In this document: positions 40,206 to 52,809 of the stretch, piece after piece
How the letters are laid out: each line of letters begins with the position of its first letter
Numbering within the stretch: the stretch's first letter is position 1
Assembly: GCA_003568945.1 (NCBI GenBank)
Contig: BDIP01000003.1
Span: forward strand, 1 to 54,815
Source of the DNA: Kipferlia bialata
Lineage: Eukaryota
Direction of reading: 5' to 3'
DNA length: 54,815 nucleotides
Notes under the pieces: model-generated
The model's input: only the letters and a program-made list of their open reading frames with translations
What the model was told of the DNA's origin: nothing
Database searches by the model: none
Program-made: the position numbers and the translations under genes

Positions 40206-40663
40206 CGGCGGGGGGGGGGGGGGGGGGGGGGGATACTGTACGGTAGCATAGAAGGGCACAATATAAGCCATTCCAACAGACATACATGGTTGCTGTGCAT
40301 GTACCTGGCAGAGAACGGCCTGTCCTGAGTCACACCCGACCTGCCCCTTGTCCTGCCAGCCTTCTCCTCCCCCTCTCCCTTCTTACCAATGTGCACATGC
40401 ACTGGCACACGCAGGGGCTGAGACCGAAGGGGTAGTCTGGGGATGGCGTGGCTCTTTCCGTCCAAATACGCCCGAGGTGGGGACACGGAGGCACCACCAT
40501 CACCAGTGGACCCTGGGTACACCACAGTGTGATACCTCATATCAGCATTCACTGCACCAGACGACCCAGACGACCGTTGAGAGCGATCCCTAGGGACATA
40601 TGATATGCATAGACTCCTACGTTGCGGTACAGGCTTGTTTCTAAGCACTGTGGGAGATATCAT
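37700..40663 (-). CDS. Ribonuclease-inhibitor-type LRR protein, one repeat per exon
   Basis: Nine exons of about 26-32 codons with phase-0 acceptors, e.g. LYMFDKGIGPQGAKALALVLPSMTALTV, LGLSNNMLGDVGARALADVLPSLPGLTH, LDLSDNDLGGLATDDLSRALTHMPRLEW, LDVSSNGIGDSGAKAVATSIKTLPLLRE. The 5' exon beyond the poly-G tract is uncertain. Confidence 0.8.
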
Positions 40664-40901
40664 GGTCCAAAGTGCACAACGAAGCCAGTCAAAGCACTAG
40701 GGTTGCGTTGTGTCCCACACACAACAGAATGCCACGCAACCACGGCGTGTCTCACGCTGGTTCGTGCCTTAGAAGGCAAATTGTTCGAATTCTTGACTCA
40801 CCTTGGTAGTGCAGTTTTTGCTTCATTGAACCCTTTGTCATTCCACTCATTCCAGATCTTTGCCATATCGGATACGCTTTCTCTTCATTGCAGCAGGAAG
40901 A

Positions 40902-41278
40902 ATGGTCAGGAACCCTCTGGAAGGACGGCGTTTACCCCGTCACCCCGTTACCCTGTTACCCCGTAACCTTCAGACTAGAGATGAATGGCTTGAATCCCGT
41001 GGTTACCCCGCGTACTGGTTCTTGAGCGTGGAGGAGGCAGCCAGGAGGTGAGTTCTGATATGCATGTGGCGACAGTCTTAACTCTAAGGTTGGATTAGCT
41101 GACATTCAGGTTGCCCAACTACTGGTTCGTGTACCGCTATCCCGGGAGGTTTCGTTCTCTGTCGATGAAGGATCAAGCGAGAATTATGCAGGCTGCTAAG
41201 GTGGAGAAGACGTTTTTCCTCAGAGTCAAGGACGAGATGATGGCAGCCAAGGCAGCCAATGGGGGGCGTTGGCCTTAG
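40902..41278 (+). CDS. Small basic hypothetical protein (3 exons)
   Basis: ATG|gtcagg...ttcag|TRDEWLESRGYPAYWFLSVEEAAR|RLPNYWFVYRYPGRFRSL...GGRWP*, in phase. Confidence 0.5.
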
Positions 41279-42375
41279 TTCTTGTTCTGGGTGATGTGTA
41301 TCTACATATACGTAGGCTACACGGGTGCATCTGTATATTTACTCTTACGTCTCGGAAAATAGAAGAAGGCGCTGTGTTGTTGGAATTCTTATCTTGCTAA
41401 CCCCTCCCCCCCCACCCTCCCCCAACGTTCACCCATTCCACTTACATAACATACATTACCCACGGTGTCTCTCAGAGACTCTCTGTCTCTCTAACTATAT
41501 GAGTTGAGGACGGCCCTCGTGGTGGAGAGACATAGGGGCGTGTATGGAGACAAGGATGCCCCCACCGCCGCAAGTGGAACAAGCTGTTCCGCAGGGATGG
41601 TGTCGGCGTTGAGCGCGGGAAGGTATACTACCCCCCCCCCCCCAGAGCACCCCATCCCTTCCCATGTCTGGCCCCCAGTCGGTGCCCCTTTATCTGTCTT
41701 TCTCCCTCTATTTGTCTGTAGTACAGACTCTGTACCATATCCCCTTCTAACCGTTAGAGCATCACTTGAGTGCGGCCCTTTTAGAATAGGTATTCCCCCA
41801 CCTAGAACAGCTCAGCATATAGGAGTAGTACAAACTTAGAGATAGGTACCGTAAACAGGGACCGTTTACAAGTCCAAACCCGACAAGACAGGGGGCGCTG
41901 GCTCTTCCATGAAGGTCACTTATACAGTGAGGGCAAATGCCTGTCTCTATACCTTGCCGAGGTCCTCGGGGTATCCATTACCTCTTACCAGAATCTCCTA
42001 CCGATGAGAGAAGGGGAGACACAATACTGTCTAAATGAATTCATAAAGGTCCAACTGCAACGGCAAGCCAATCAAGGGTCCTATAACCAATGACCACATA
42101 CCAAATGTCTAATAGAATGATTCTATTAGTATTAGACTAATACCACCAAGAGGAAGTTCCTGTCAGGAACCCATAGAATACCTTTGATATACTTCACAGT
42201 TTCTGTGATGTTTACTATGCGGACACACAACAGAACAACTCACACAACAGATTAGGTCTATGACACGTGCATATCACCGAACACAAATTGAATCAGCGAA
42301 TGTCCTCGGATGGTAAACAATGTTTACTAAACATATATATGAAGGCAATGATAGAAGACAGACAACATCAACCAC

Positions 42376-42717
42376 TCAGTCCTCCCTCTCCCACTCTCCC
42401 CCCCTCTGGCCATACACAGCGCGGTTCAAGTTGCATATGTGCCTTGCCAGGACCCCGGTATTGGCATCAACGGTCTCCAAGCGGGTGATCACCTCCTGGT
42501 GTTGCTGCTTCAAGCGGGTGATCACCTCCTGGTGCTGCTGCTCCATCCGCTGCTCCATTCGGTGCACCATATCGTCATTCATGGACCTGATGGCTGTGAG
42601 GAGAGTCTCGAACTTCGAGTCGAAACGCAGTTCAAGTGCTTTTTGCCCCTGCAGAATGTCACTTACATTCTGAGTGTAAGTCTCGACAGCAGTGGTGGTC
42701 TTGGTTGTGGAAGACAT
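42376..42717 (-). CDS. Intronless coiled-coil hypothetical protein with internal 33-nt duplication
   Basis: MSSTTKTTTAVETY...RMEQRMEQQHQEVITRLKQQHQEVITRLETVD... Confidence 0.55.
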   Translation of the reverse strand: MSSTTKTTTAVETYTQNVSDILQGQKALELRFDSKFETLLTAIRSMNDDMVHRMEQRMEQQHQEVITRLKQQHQEVITRLETVDANTGVLARHICNLNRAVYGQRGGEWERED

Positions 42718-42869
42718 GGGCAGTAGAAGACAATAGTCACTCAAGAAGGGCCGTTTAGATAATCGGAGAATTTCCGTCCGATTATCCAAACGTCTCTCCG
42801 AAACTAAGCTGAGGTGGCTCACGCTTCATATCATTTCTGTAGTACAGACTGTACTACAGACTGTCCCCG

Positions 42870-43352
42870 ATGTCTGGCCAGACCGATGACAACAGGGCTG
42901 AGAGGCCAACAGAAGAGGACATGTCTGTTGCTGACCAGAGTGTAGGTTGCAATGCAACACGGATGGAAACTGTTGACAGCCAGAAGCAGAAGGTGGGTCA
43001 GGTTTCTAACTATGCAGCATTGTGTATCATAGTTCGGCACTGAGTACTTGTCTGGCTCTACCCTCAGGTATACCCTGACCCCATCGTGTTCAGCAAGGAC
43101 CAGTGGCTGGAGCAGACCCCAGAGGAGAGGGAGCGGGTGCTGCAGCAGAATGGACTGATGCGGAAGGGTGGCCTGTGGCGTCACCGATACACCCCGATCG
43201 AGGTGTTCCGGAACATGTGTGACATGGTTCTGTGGGATAGGCAGGAGGAGGAAAGGCGTAACGTTGAGCTGCGACGTGAGCAGATGATGACACGTATCAA
43301 GGCTAACCTACCAAAGTTAGTTGACTGGGACAAACTGAACGATTATGATTGA
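42870..43352 (+). CDS. Small hypothetical protein (2 exons)
   Basis: MSGQTDDNRAE...QKQK|VYPDPIVFSKDQWLEQ...DWDKLNDYD*, with a phase-0 GT-AG intron. Divergent from 42376-42717. Confidence 0.55.
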
Positions 43353-43764
43353 GATGGGGTGAAGAGATAGGTTGTCACTCCACAATGGAAAGACCTCTTC
43401 CAATGTACAACGTCTTGCAGAGTCTCTGTTTGTGTATAGTACATCACTACTTGTCCCCCCCCCCCCCATAAGCAGGATCCCTATGCTGATGCATGTGTCA
43501 CAATATCACCACTTCCGTTGTCTCTGCTAGGTGTACATATTGACGTTGAGTAATAAACTATTCATTCTCCTTAGAACAGGCTGTGCAGCAATATGCTCTC
43601 TTCACAACACCCTCTCTCCAGCCTCAACATCATAGAGAGATATTGAAGTCAGTGTGTTTGAGGACGTGTTACAAGTATGGACTGGTATCTATTCCATTAT
43701 ATATCGAACCATCCGTAGACTTGCAACAAGAAGAGAATAGACGCAATGACTCTCTACACCCTCC

Positions 43765-43867
43765 TTACTGGAGGTAGTTGTTGAGCCAGCCAATGACCTG
43801 CTCGTGCCACACCACAGACTCCTGGGGGGCATACACCCAGTGGGACATCTGGACAGTGAGGGATGGG

Positions 43868-43904
<37 letters not shown>

Positions 43905-44640
43905 TGTGTACACCCAGTGGGACATCTGGACAGTGAGGGATATGTTACAGAGAGAGAGAGAGAGAGAGAGAGTGGGCCAAGAAGACGTACCGTGGGGAAC
44001 CTCACGAACTTGGACTCGATTCCAAGCCACTGGGCTGTCTGGAAGGCAGAGATGCCGTGCCTGGGGTCAGAAATCCACATCTGAAACCACGTATAGACAT
44101 ATATGCGTACATCTGTTATATACATATACCGTACCACTGGTGGATGCGGTAGTAGCCACTGTGGATAGGAGATGTATATAATTATACATTGCCATATTCA
44201 TGTATATATATACTATACTGTATATTAATATATACTACAATACAAATACCGTACCACTGGTGGATGCGGTAGTCGTGGCCACCGTGGATGACAAGGATGG
44301 GGGTGACCCAGTCACCTGGGGTAAGAAATGGGATATAGTAATAACCCTACTAGAATGCTAGAATATATATATACATATTCTACGTATACATTAATAGTGG
44401 ATCACAAGGATGGGGGTGACCCAGTTACCTGGGGTGAATCCATATACACTATTAATAGTATACACATAACACCCAGGGTAAGTGACTAAGGATAGTCATA
44501 TTAGTTACACTATTATATATATATATAAATTATGTATTAGATATATAGTACACAGTACCGTACCGGCGTGCTGGGCAGGGGACCAGGGCAGGATCTTGTT
44601 GTCTCTGATCTGGGGGTCCAGGACAGAGCCGCCGAACTCC
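43765..44640 (-). CDS. S9C peptidase (dipeptidyl-peptidase 5 / alanyl dipeptidyl peptidase-like) C-terminal fragment, 4 exons
   Basis: EFGG...WSPAQHAGDWVTPILVIHGGHDYRI (catalytic Asp)...GISAFQTAQWLGIESKFVRFPTMSHWV (catalytic His)...WHEQVIGWLNNYLQ*. The nucleophile GxSxGG exon is absent. Confidence 0.8.
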
Positions 44641-44671
44641 CTAGAATAAGACAAAGAAGAGAGAGAGAGAT

Positions 44672-44725
<54 letters not shown>

Positions 44726-44862
44726 TGACATGCCTGTTCCAGGTGCGAAAGAAATATATGTATATATATATAGAGAGAGAGAGAGAGATACACTCATACC
44801 TGTTCCAGGTGGTGCGAAAGAGAGAAAGAAATATATATATATATATATATATATACTCATAC

Positions 44863-45379
44863 CTGTTCCAGGTGGTGCGACCTGAGCCACGGTGGTAGAA
44901 GAATGGCTGGGGGTAAGAATTAGGGCTGCACACAGAGAGACACAGAGAGAGAGGTGGTAAAAGAATGACTGAAGATGAGGTATTAATGGTACATACAGAG
45001 ATATAGAGAGAGACAGGTGGTAGAAGAATGGCTGGGGGTAAGAGAGTAAGGATGTAGCAGACAGACAGAGAGAGAGAGAGAGAGCAAGGTGGCAGTGGAA
45101 GAAACACTTTGCGTGTACAAGGAGAGAGAGAGACAGAGAGAGAGGGTGACTGAGAGAGAGAGTGTGTGCACTAGTCGTCGTACCGTCTGAGTCTCTGAGT
45201 CTTTGAGCTCGGCACAAGTATATTTGTATTACACTTCAAATACATATATATATGTATACAGAGCCCGGCATAATATGTCTTGTACTTCATACGTATATAT
45301 CTGTACTCAGAGAGAGAGAGAGAGTCGTACCTTTTGAGTCTTTGAATCCACAGCCCGCTTCCATCCTGATAGTGAGACA

Positions 45380-45417
<38 letters not shown>

Positions 45418-46015
45418 CCGAGTGCTGGAGGCAGCGCGGTGATCAGCAACAGTCTCATTCATTTTCCCCTCCTCGTCTACTACTATATAGAATACATGCT
45501 CTTAACTCATAAAGACAACACGTCAGGAGCACTATCATGACCTTACTCACTACTGTGTCTTAGGATAAGTTAGTGTGTTTACACTCACCCTTAGGAAGCG
45601 GGGTCAGATCACTTATAGGGGGAACCAGGGGCATGTTGTTAGACATGTCCCACACACCCTATAGGATAACACTGATCCAAGGGGTGGGTTAGAAGGAGAG
45701 AGAGTAGCAGAGCAAGGCCACCGACCAGTCCTGACTATTCCAAACATTGCTTCCAAATAGGTTGAAAATGATACTACCCAAATGGGCTTTGAGCGTTTGA
45801 ACGGACCCAGTCTTAGAGATGTGGGTCTTCCCTTCTGGCCTAGAATACAAGAGATATGGGCCCCTCCAGCCTACGGACTCATGCCGTGTCACCCCTGGTG
45901 CAGAAGATACTGATAGTGACATACATCACTACGGTGGGTGGGAAGTTAATCTACATGTATTCAGTAGTTACCTTCAATGACTTCTCTCTGTCAGCCAGCT
46001 CTAAAGTGTCTGGTT
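44863..46015 (-). CDS. WW-domain-containing protein fragment
   Basis: Exons 45589-45658, 45331-45365 and 44863-44906 splice in phase to LTPLPKGWKRAVDSKTQKPFFYHRGSGRTTWNR, a canonical WW pattern. Confidence 0.75.
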
Positions 46016-46184
46016 ACTGCCTTATATCTAGGCATATATATCGTTGTGCATGTGAGTAGGTGGGGATGAGTTTACCACTAACCCCCCCCCCCCTCCCCCC
46101 TCCCTTTGTCAGTCCTAATACCTATTCAATCTTTACTGTGCTCTCTTTCTCTCCCTGCTCTTCCCCCCTCTCCTTCTAACCCAG

Positions 46185-47044
46185 GGCATCATCCAGCCAC
46201 TTCTGATGGACGAGATCAAGATATTCGGTATGTTAATCAATGTCGGGAGGAGTTTGTATTGTATTTGACCCTCACATCTCTTATCCACCTCCCTGTATTC
46301 CCAACTCCACCTTTTACTATACATACTGGCCTACTATAATATATACTCACATACCTACTCTTATATATTCTCATACCCTGGTGATTGTGTGTCTCCAGCG
46401 TCCTCTCTCCACGTACATTCTCTCTCTCTCTCTCTACCCCCCCCATTCTGTTATGTTTCTCTCTACCTACTCAAAGGCACTGCCTCAAAGCGGGATATCT
46501 ATACGGCCTATTCCTCCCTCTATACTCTCTCCCTTACTCATTGGTGCCGCCTCTCAGTGGTCCTTCCTGATTTCTCTCTCTGCTTTCTCTCTCCCCTCCC
46601 TTACTCGTAAGGGGTCTTTCTTCTACTCTCTCTCTCTCTCTCTCTATCTCTTCCTTACATCAAGGCGCTGCCTCTCAGTGGTCCTTCCTGTACTCTCTGC
46701 CCCATGCCATTGGAATGGCATTCATGCTGCTTAGGCCAATTAAGGACAAGGTATATACTATATGTACGCTATACATATAGACATGTATACACACATATAT
46801 ATATGTGTATTGGAATGACATTCATGCTACTGAGGCCTATCAAGGACAATGTATACCTTTTGACTCTAGTGTACGTCTTAGTCTCTATCTACTACCCTGC
46901 AGTCCTCTGACAACTCTATCCCTCTCTCTATCTCCCTCTCTCTCCCCCCCCTCTCTCTCTCTATATATATAATTACATATATGTATGTTTATTCAGCCCA
47001 GTCCTTCAACCTCTCTCTGGGATGACCTTAGAGACCATCTCTCG

Positions 47045-47077
<33 letters not shown>

Positions 47078-48446
47078 CACATATATGTATGTATACTCAC
47101 CCCAGTCCTTCAACACGTCTCTCTGGGATGACCTCAAGGAGTTCAAGTGGCCAATTCTACTAGGTAAATACCTGTATATATATATGTATTCTATACATTC
47201 ACTGTGCATGGTATCTGTGTGTTCTCTCTTTTCCTTTGGGATGACCTTATTGTGTACTGCACCATTGTCATATATATATATATAGTATATATGACCTTAT
47301 TGTGTACTTGTTACTCTCTCTAGTATATGTATGAGAGTCTCACCCCAGTCTCCCTGGTCGATGTCTTTGCCAGCACCGTTGTCATTGTCATTGTCATACA
47401 TACTATCTTACATACAATATGTATCTTAAACTCTTTCTACATGAATACATTTGTCTATCTTACTCCCAGTATCTCTTGTCGATGTCTTTGCCAGTACCAT
47501 TGTCATATTCGGACAGCTCATGGTAAGGAGTGTACTCTCTCTCTCTCTCTTTCTTTCTCTCTCTCTCTCTCTCTCTATCTCTCTTACTCTCTCTTTCTCA
47601 CTCTTCCTGTCCACCGTCTCTATGAGAGTATCCTCTTCTAATAGTATCACTATAGTTGTGAATAGCCAGTACCATTGTCATATTCGGACAGCTCATGGTA
47701 TGTAGTGTACTCTCTCTCTCTCTCTTTCTTTCTCTCTCTCTCTCTCTCTCTCTCACTCTCTGTCTATCTTTCTCTCTCTATCTCTCTATCTCTCTTTCTC
47801 ACTTCCTGTCCACCGTCACTTTGATAGTCTCCTCCTATTATAGCATCACTGTATGTGTGTATATTGGTACGCTATGTACTCAATGCAGGTTGGCTCTGCC
47901 ATGTACACCATCATATACTCTCTCTCTCTCTCTCTCTATGTATCAATATATAAAATACCACTCTATATAACCCCAGGTTGGCTCTGCCATGTACACCATC
48001 ATATACTCCCTCTCTCTCTCTCTCTCTATGTATCAATATATATATATACCACTCTATATAACCACAGGTTGGCTCTGCCATGTATACCATCATATACTCC
48101 TCGGTGCCTGTCTGGGCGGCCATTGGATCAAGAGTCCTGGTGGGGAGGAAACTAACCCAGCGTATGTACATGTATACATATATATATATATATGGATATG
48201 GATATAGTATATTATTCGTCGGTCCCTGTCTGGGCTGCCATTGGGTCAAGGGTCCTGGTGGGGAGGAAGCTTACTCAACGTGAGTGTATCTAGTGTATAC
48301 CATGCATACATATGTATATATATGTATGGAGACAGTTTGGTGCCTGTCTGGGCTGCCATTGGCTCTACTAACACAGCGTGAGTGATTCCATATATATCAT
48401 GTTAATGTATATATATATATACATATACCTAACCCCTGAGCAGTGG

Positions 48447-48496
<50 letters not shown>

Positions 48497-51400
48497 ATGC
48501 ATATATATGTATACCTCCTAATATCTAGAGCAGTGGCTGTACATTGGCACTGTGGTGGCAGGTCTGGGCATCAGTGGGGCAGGGGCTCTCAATGAGCCAG
48601 GTACAATAATTACATCTATTAGTGTATGTATTGATAATACTGTTATATATATTCATAGTATAGTACAATAATTGCCTAGTAGGCATCAGTGGCGCAGGGG
48701 CACTCAACGAGCCAGGTATATATATATATATAGATGTATGTATATGTATGAATCTAATATAGTATATACAATCAATAATAGTAAGAGGACATATATCACC
48801 TATAGCACATGTAGTATCAGTGGCGCAGGGCACTCAATGAACCATGTATTCACTCATCTATGTGTATCTATAGTATATGTAACAGTAATGTATATATATA
48901 GTGTAGTATCAATTTGCCAGGTACATGTATATATATATAATTGCGTGCTTACCCATTCTGTATGGCAGGTGGAGATATACCATAAAGTATACGGAGGCTA
49001 TTTATGTACATGGAATCACATTTACTCTTATGTCCAATAGACGTATGCTTACTCCTTCTCTCTCTTATCATAGGCGACAGGATTGCCACTCTTATGCATG
49101 CTTTGTATCTCGCCTCTCTCTCTCTCTCTATATATATATATATCTCAAACCAGGTGACAGGATGCTGGCCGGCTGCGTTGTGACTCTGATAGGCACCATA
49201 CTGCACTCGGGGATATACTTCATAGCAGAGGCTGTGTTGAGGTATCTATACATAATTATATCATTGTATACAATTATATCGTATCTGTAATACTGTATAT
49301 ATCTGTAATATTCTCTTGAATTCTTAGTGTCCCTGTAACACTCAGGCGACCCGACCAGCGCCCTCTCCACCCTCAACGCTACTGTGGCCTAGTTGGTATG
49401 GCTCTCTCTCTCTCTCTCTCTGAGAGAGAGAGTCTCTCTCTGTCTCTCTCAATCTCTCTTCATTACCGTATATCCGTAGGTATATATATAATCGGAATAG
49501 TACTTACTCCAAGGTCTCTTCGATGTCCTGTCTCTCTCTCTCTCTCTCCATGAATCAAGCTCTATCTTTCCATTGGCAGCCAATATATGACCCCAGGCCT
49601 GTTCGATGTGCTGTGGCTCAGCCTGTATGTCCTCATATACACAGTGCCCAGGTGGCAGGTGAGGATGGTGTACCAATATATAGTATATGTAGTATATATA
49701 CTACAATTTTTATCATATATCATGTACCCATCAGCCTGTATGTCCTCACATACACAGTGGCCAGGTGACAGTTAGGATACTATTTATTGAGACCATTATA
49801 TACTTTCATATAGTGATATATAATATAACTTGCGTGGGTGTCCACTAATCACTAGGAGCTAGTCACCGACCCCATCACTGAGGCAGACTTAGAGACACTA
49901 AATGTATATATATATATATAAGTACTAGTCACCTTGAATTATCACCCTATAGCTCTCTAATGCCTAGGAGCTAGTCACCGACCCCATCACCGAGGCATCC
50001 CTATCATACATATTGCTCTATGTATATATATATATGTATATATGTGTACATCTGTCTCTTACTGCTAGGAGCTAGTGACTGACCCCATCACCGAGGCTGG
50101 CAGTCACTACACGGCCATCTGGTTGCTGTACCTGATGCTGACTGTGGATGACTCAGGTGTATTCTATAGACATATATATATATAAAGGTATATATATAGA
50201 CAGATATATGGTTTGATATAGATACATGGCCATCTGATTGCTGTACCTGATCCTGACTGTCGATGACTCAGGTAGTGCTATACATATGTATGTGTATACC
50301 TATACCTATATAGGCATATATAGGTATATATACATGGTCATCTGGATGCTGTACCTGATGCTGACTGTCGATGACTCAGGTAATTGCATGTATATATATA
50401 GAGAGAGGGATATATAGTATAGATACGGGCCAGTCTCATGCTTCGACCATAGATTCAGAGCGATAATCATATAATATTTTCCCAATTGTTTTTATTAATC
50501 ATTATTGTAATCATATAATATTCTTCTTATATTAGTGTGTATGCCCTCCCCCTCGCCATATGTATATATCCTTACATCGGCGTACCCTCTCTCTTTCTAA
50601 ACCATGTTGGTGTTCTCTCTCCCTCTCCCTCTTTATAGTGTGTTCCTCTAATGCCAGTCCACTCTGGCTCCTTCTACCCCATGCTGGGTGTTCTTTGTCT
50701 CATTCTCTCTCTCCCTCTCTCTCTATATATGTGTGTGTATACCTCATATCAGTCCACTCTGGCTCCTTCTACCCCATGCTGGGTGTGGTTGGGTCAGTCT
50801 CCATGGCAGTGTTCAAGACAGTGGCTAGTGGTACGTATTACTCTATATACTATATATATATATATATATGAATATATATATAGAGAGAGAGAGAGACTGG
50901 TCCATGGCAGTGTTCAAGACAGTGGCTAGTGGTACGTATTACTATATGTAATCATATATTAATTGATATATAGAGTCGGAGAGAAGAGGTGTATTGTGGT
51001 TGGGTCAGTCTCCATGGCGGTGTTCAAGACAGTGGCATCAGGTATACACATGGATATTTATATATAAATAGTATATATAGTATATATTGAGTCAGAGAGA
51101 AGATATATATTGTGGTTGGGTCAGTCTCCATGGCAGTGTTCAAGACAGTCGCATCAGGTATACACCCACATATATACACATATATTCAATATATGTGTGT
51201 GTGTGTGAGAGAGAGAGAGCGAGAGAGAGCGAGAGAGATTGGTCTATGGCAGTGTTCAAGACAGTGGCATCAGGTGAGTATATATATGTAATAATATATA
51301 TGGAGAGAGAGGGAGAGGGAGAGAGAGAGAGAGATGTCCATGGTAGTGTCTGTTCAATACAGTCGCATCAGGTATGTTTCAATACAGGTGTGCGTGTCCC

Positions 51401-52809
51401 TCTGTGTGTTTACGGATATCCTTAAACAGTGTAGGTACTGATACTGACACTGACACTGATAACAGGTTTCTCCCACTTATTCCCTAACATCAGTCGGTGT
51501 GTTCCTGGGCTCTGCTCTCTTCCTCTCTCTCTCTCTCTCTCTCCATATATATACATATACATATACATATATATATATATACACATGTCATACTGACATC
51601 AGTCGGTGTATTTCTGGGTTCTGCTCTGTTCTTCTGCAGCATAGACCAGACAATATCTCTCTCTCTCTCTCTCGCTAACCCTAGTCGGTGTCTTCCTTGG
51701 TTCTGCCCTATTCTTCTGCAGCATAGACCAGACTGAGTGTCTGACTGGGTACAAGATAGCCTCCCTGGTGGTGGTGATTATAGGGGTGGTAGGTACATAA
51801 GCACTGAATATTTACGTATTCAGTATGTATTGTATATGGATAAAAGGTTGCGTCACTGGTGGTGGTGATTGTAGGGGTGGTTGGTACGTAGTCGCTGATA
51901 CGAATATTCATAATATGAATTTACACATCATGTATTATTATTGTCAATATACATTTTCTGTATAGCCTAATCCCAGGCTACTACTCTGTAGTAGATAAAA
52001 TTATTGTAAATACATATACATTGTATATATATGTGTGTGTATGTATACATCTGACCCTCAGGCTACTCTGTCAAGACCGACTCCAGCAGTATATAGATAA
52101 TTATATATTAATATGAGTATTATATGTATTAATAATGTAGGACTTTTCTCTTATAGGCTAACCCTCAGGCTACTCTGTCAAGACCGACTCCATCCACAGA
52201 CTGGCCACACAGGCAGCACTGGCTAGAACAGGTATGATAGATATATGGTATACAATATATATATACACATATATATAGCGTATATAGTGTATATGTGTGT
52301 CCACATCCACCGACTGGCCACACAGGCAGCACTGGCTAGAACAGGTATGATAGATATATAGTATACAATATATATATACACATATATATAGCGTATATAG
52401 TGTATATGTGTGTCTACATCCACCGACTGGCCACACAGGCAGCACTGGCTAGGACAGGTTAGGGGTATTATTGTATCAGTGTATTTACTTGTATTCAAGA
52501 TCTATAATTAGTATTGTGGAGGTATCACGGCTCTCACTTCAGAAGGTGTCTCTGAGCTTGTGAGTGTGAGGGAGAGACACTCCCATTTATGCAACTATAT
52601 ATATGTATATATATGTCATATCAATTTGGTATTCTCTATACATGTTATTGTGTTTGTCTCACCTTCAGAAGATGTCTCTGAGCTTATTATGTATTGCTTA
52701 TCTAGTCATCTCACCTTCAGAGGATGTATCTGAGCTTGTGAGTGTGAGGGAGAGACACTCTCTGCTAGAGGGCGAGGCAACAGAGAGTGAGGAGTGTGAG
52801 GAACTGTAG
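46185..52809 (+). CDS. Drug/metabolite-transporter superfamily (EamA / nucleotide-sugar-transporter-like) membrane protein, 14 or more exons, 5' end not seen
   Basis: Spliced: GIIQPLLMD..VSLVDVFASTIVIFGQLMVGSAMYTIIYSSVPVWAAIGSRVLVGRKLTQQQWLYIGTVVAGLGIS..GCVVTLIGTILHSGIYFIAE..GSVSMAVFKTVASVGVFLGSALFFC..KIASLVVVIIGVVGYS..EECEEL*. Confidence 0.8.

Noticed and set aside
40082..40290. Poly-proline / SLSLSL ORFs (formin-like)
   Set aside because: They are translations of poly-G and GA microsatellites; the tract may be an assembly join.
45171..45458. ORF MRLLLITALPPALG... as a signal peptide for the S9 peptidase
   Set aside because: It runs through a CT microsatellite, and the embedded exon reads in another frame as part of the WW domain.
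50100..50385. Claim that all echoes are purely synonymous
   Set aside because: These echoes include tgg>tga, atg>atc and ttg>atg, so the synonymous bias is strong but not absolute.
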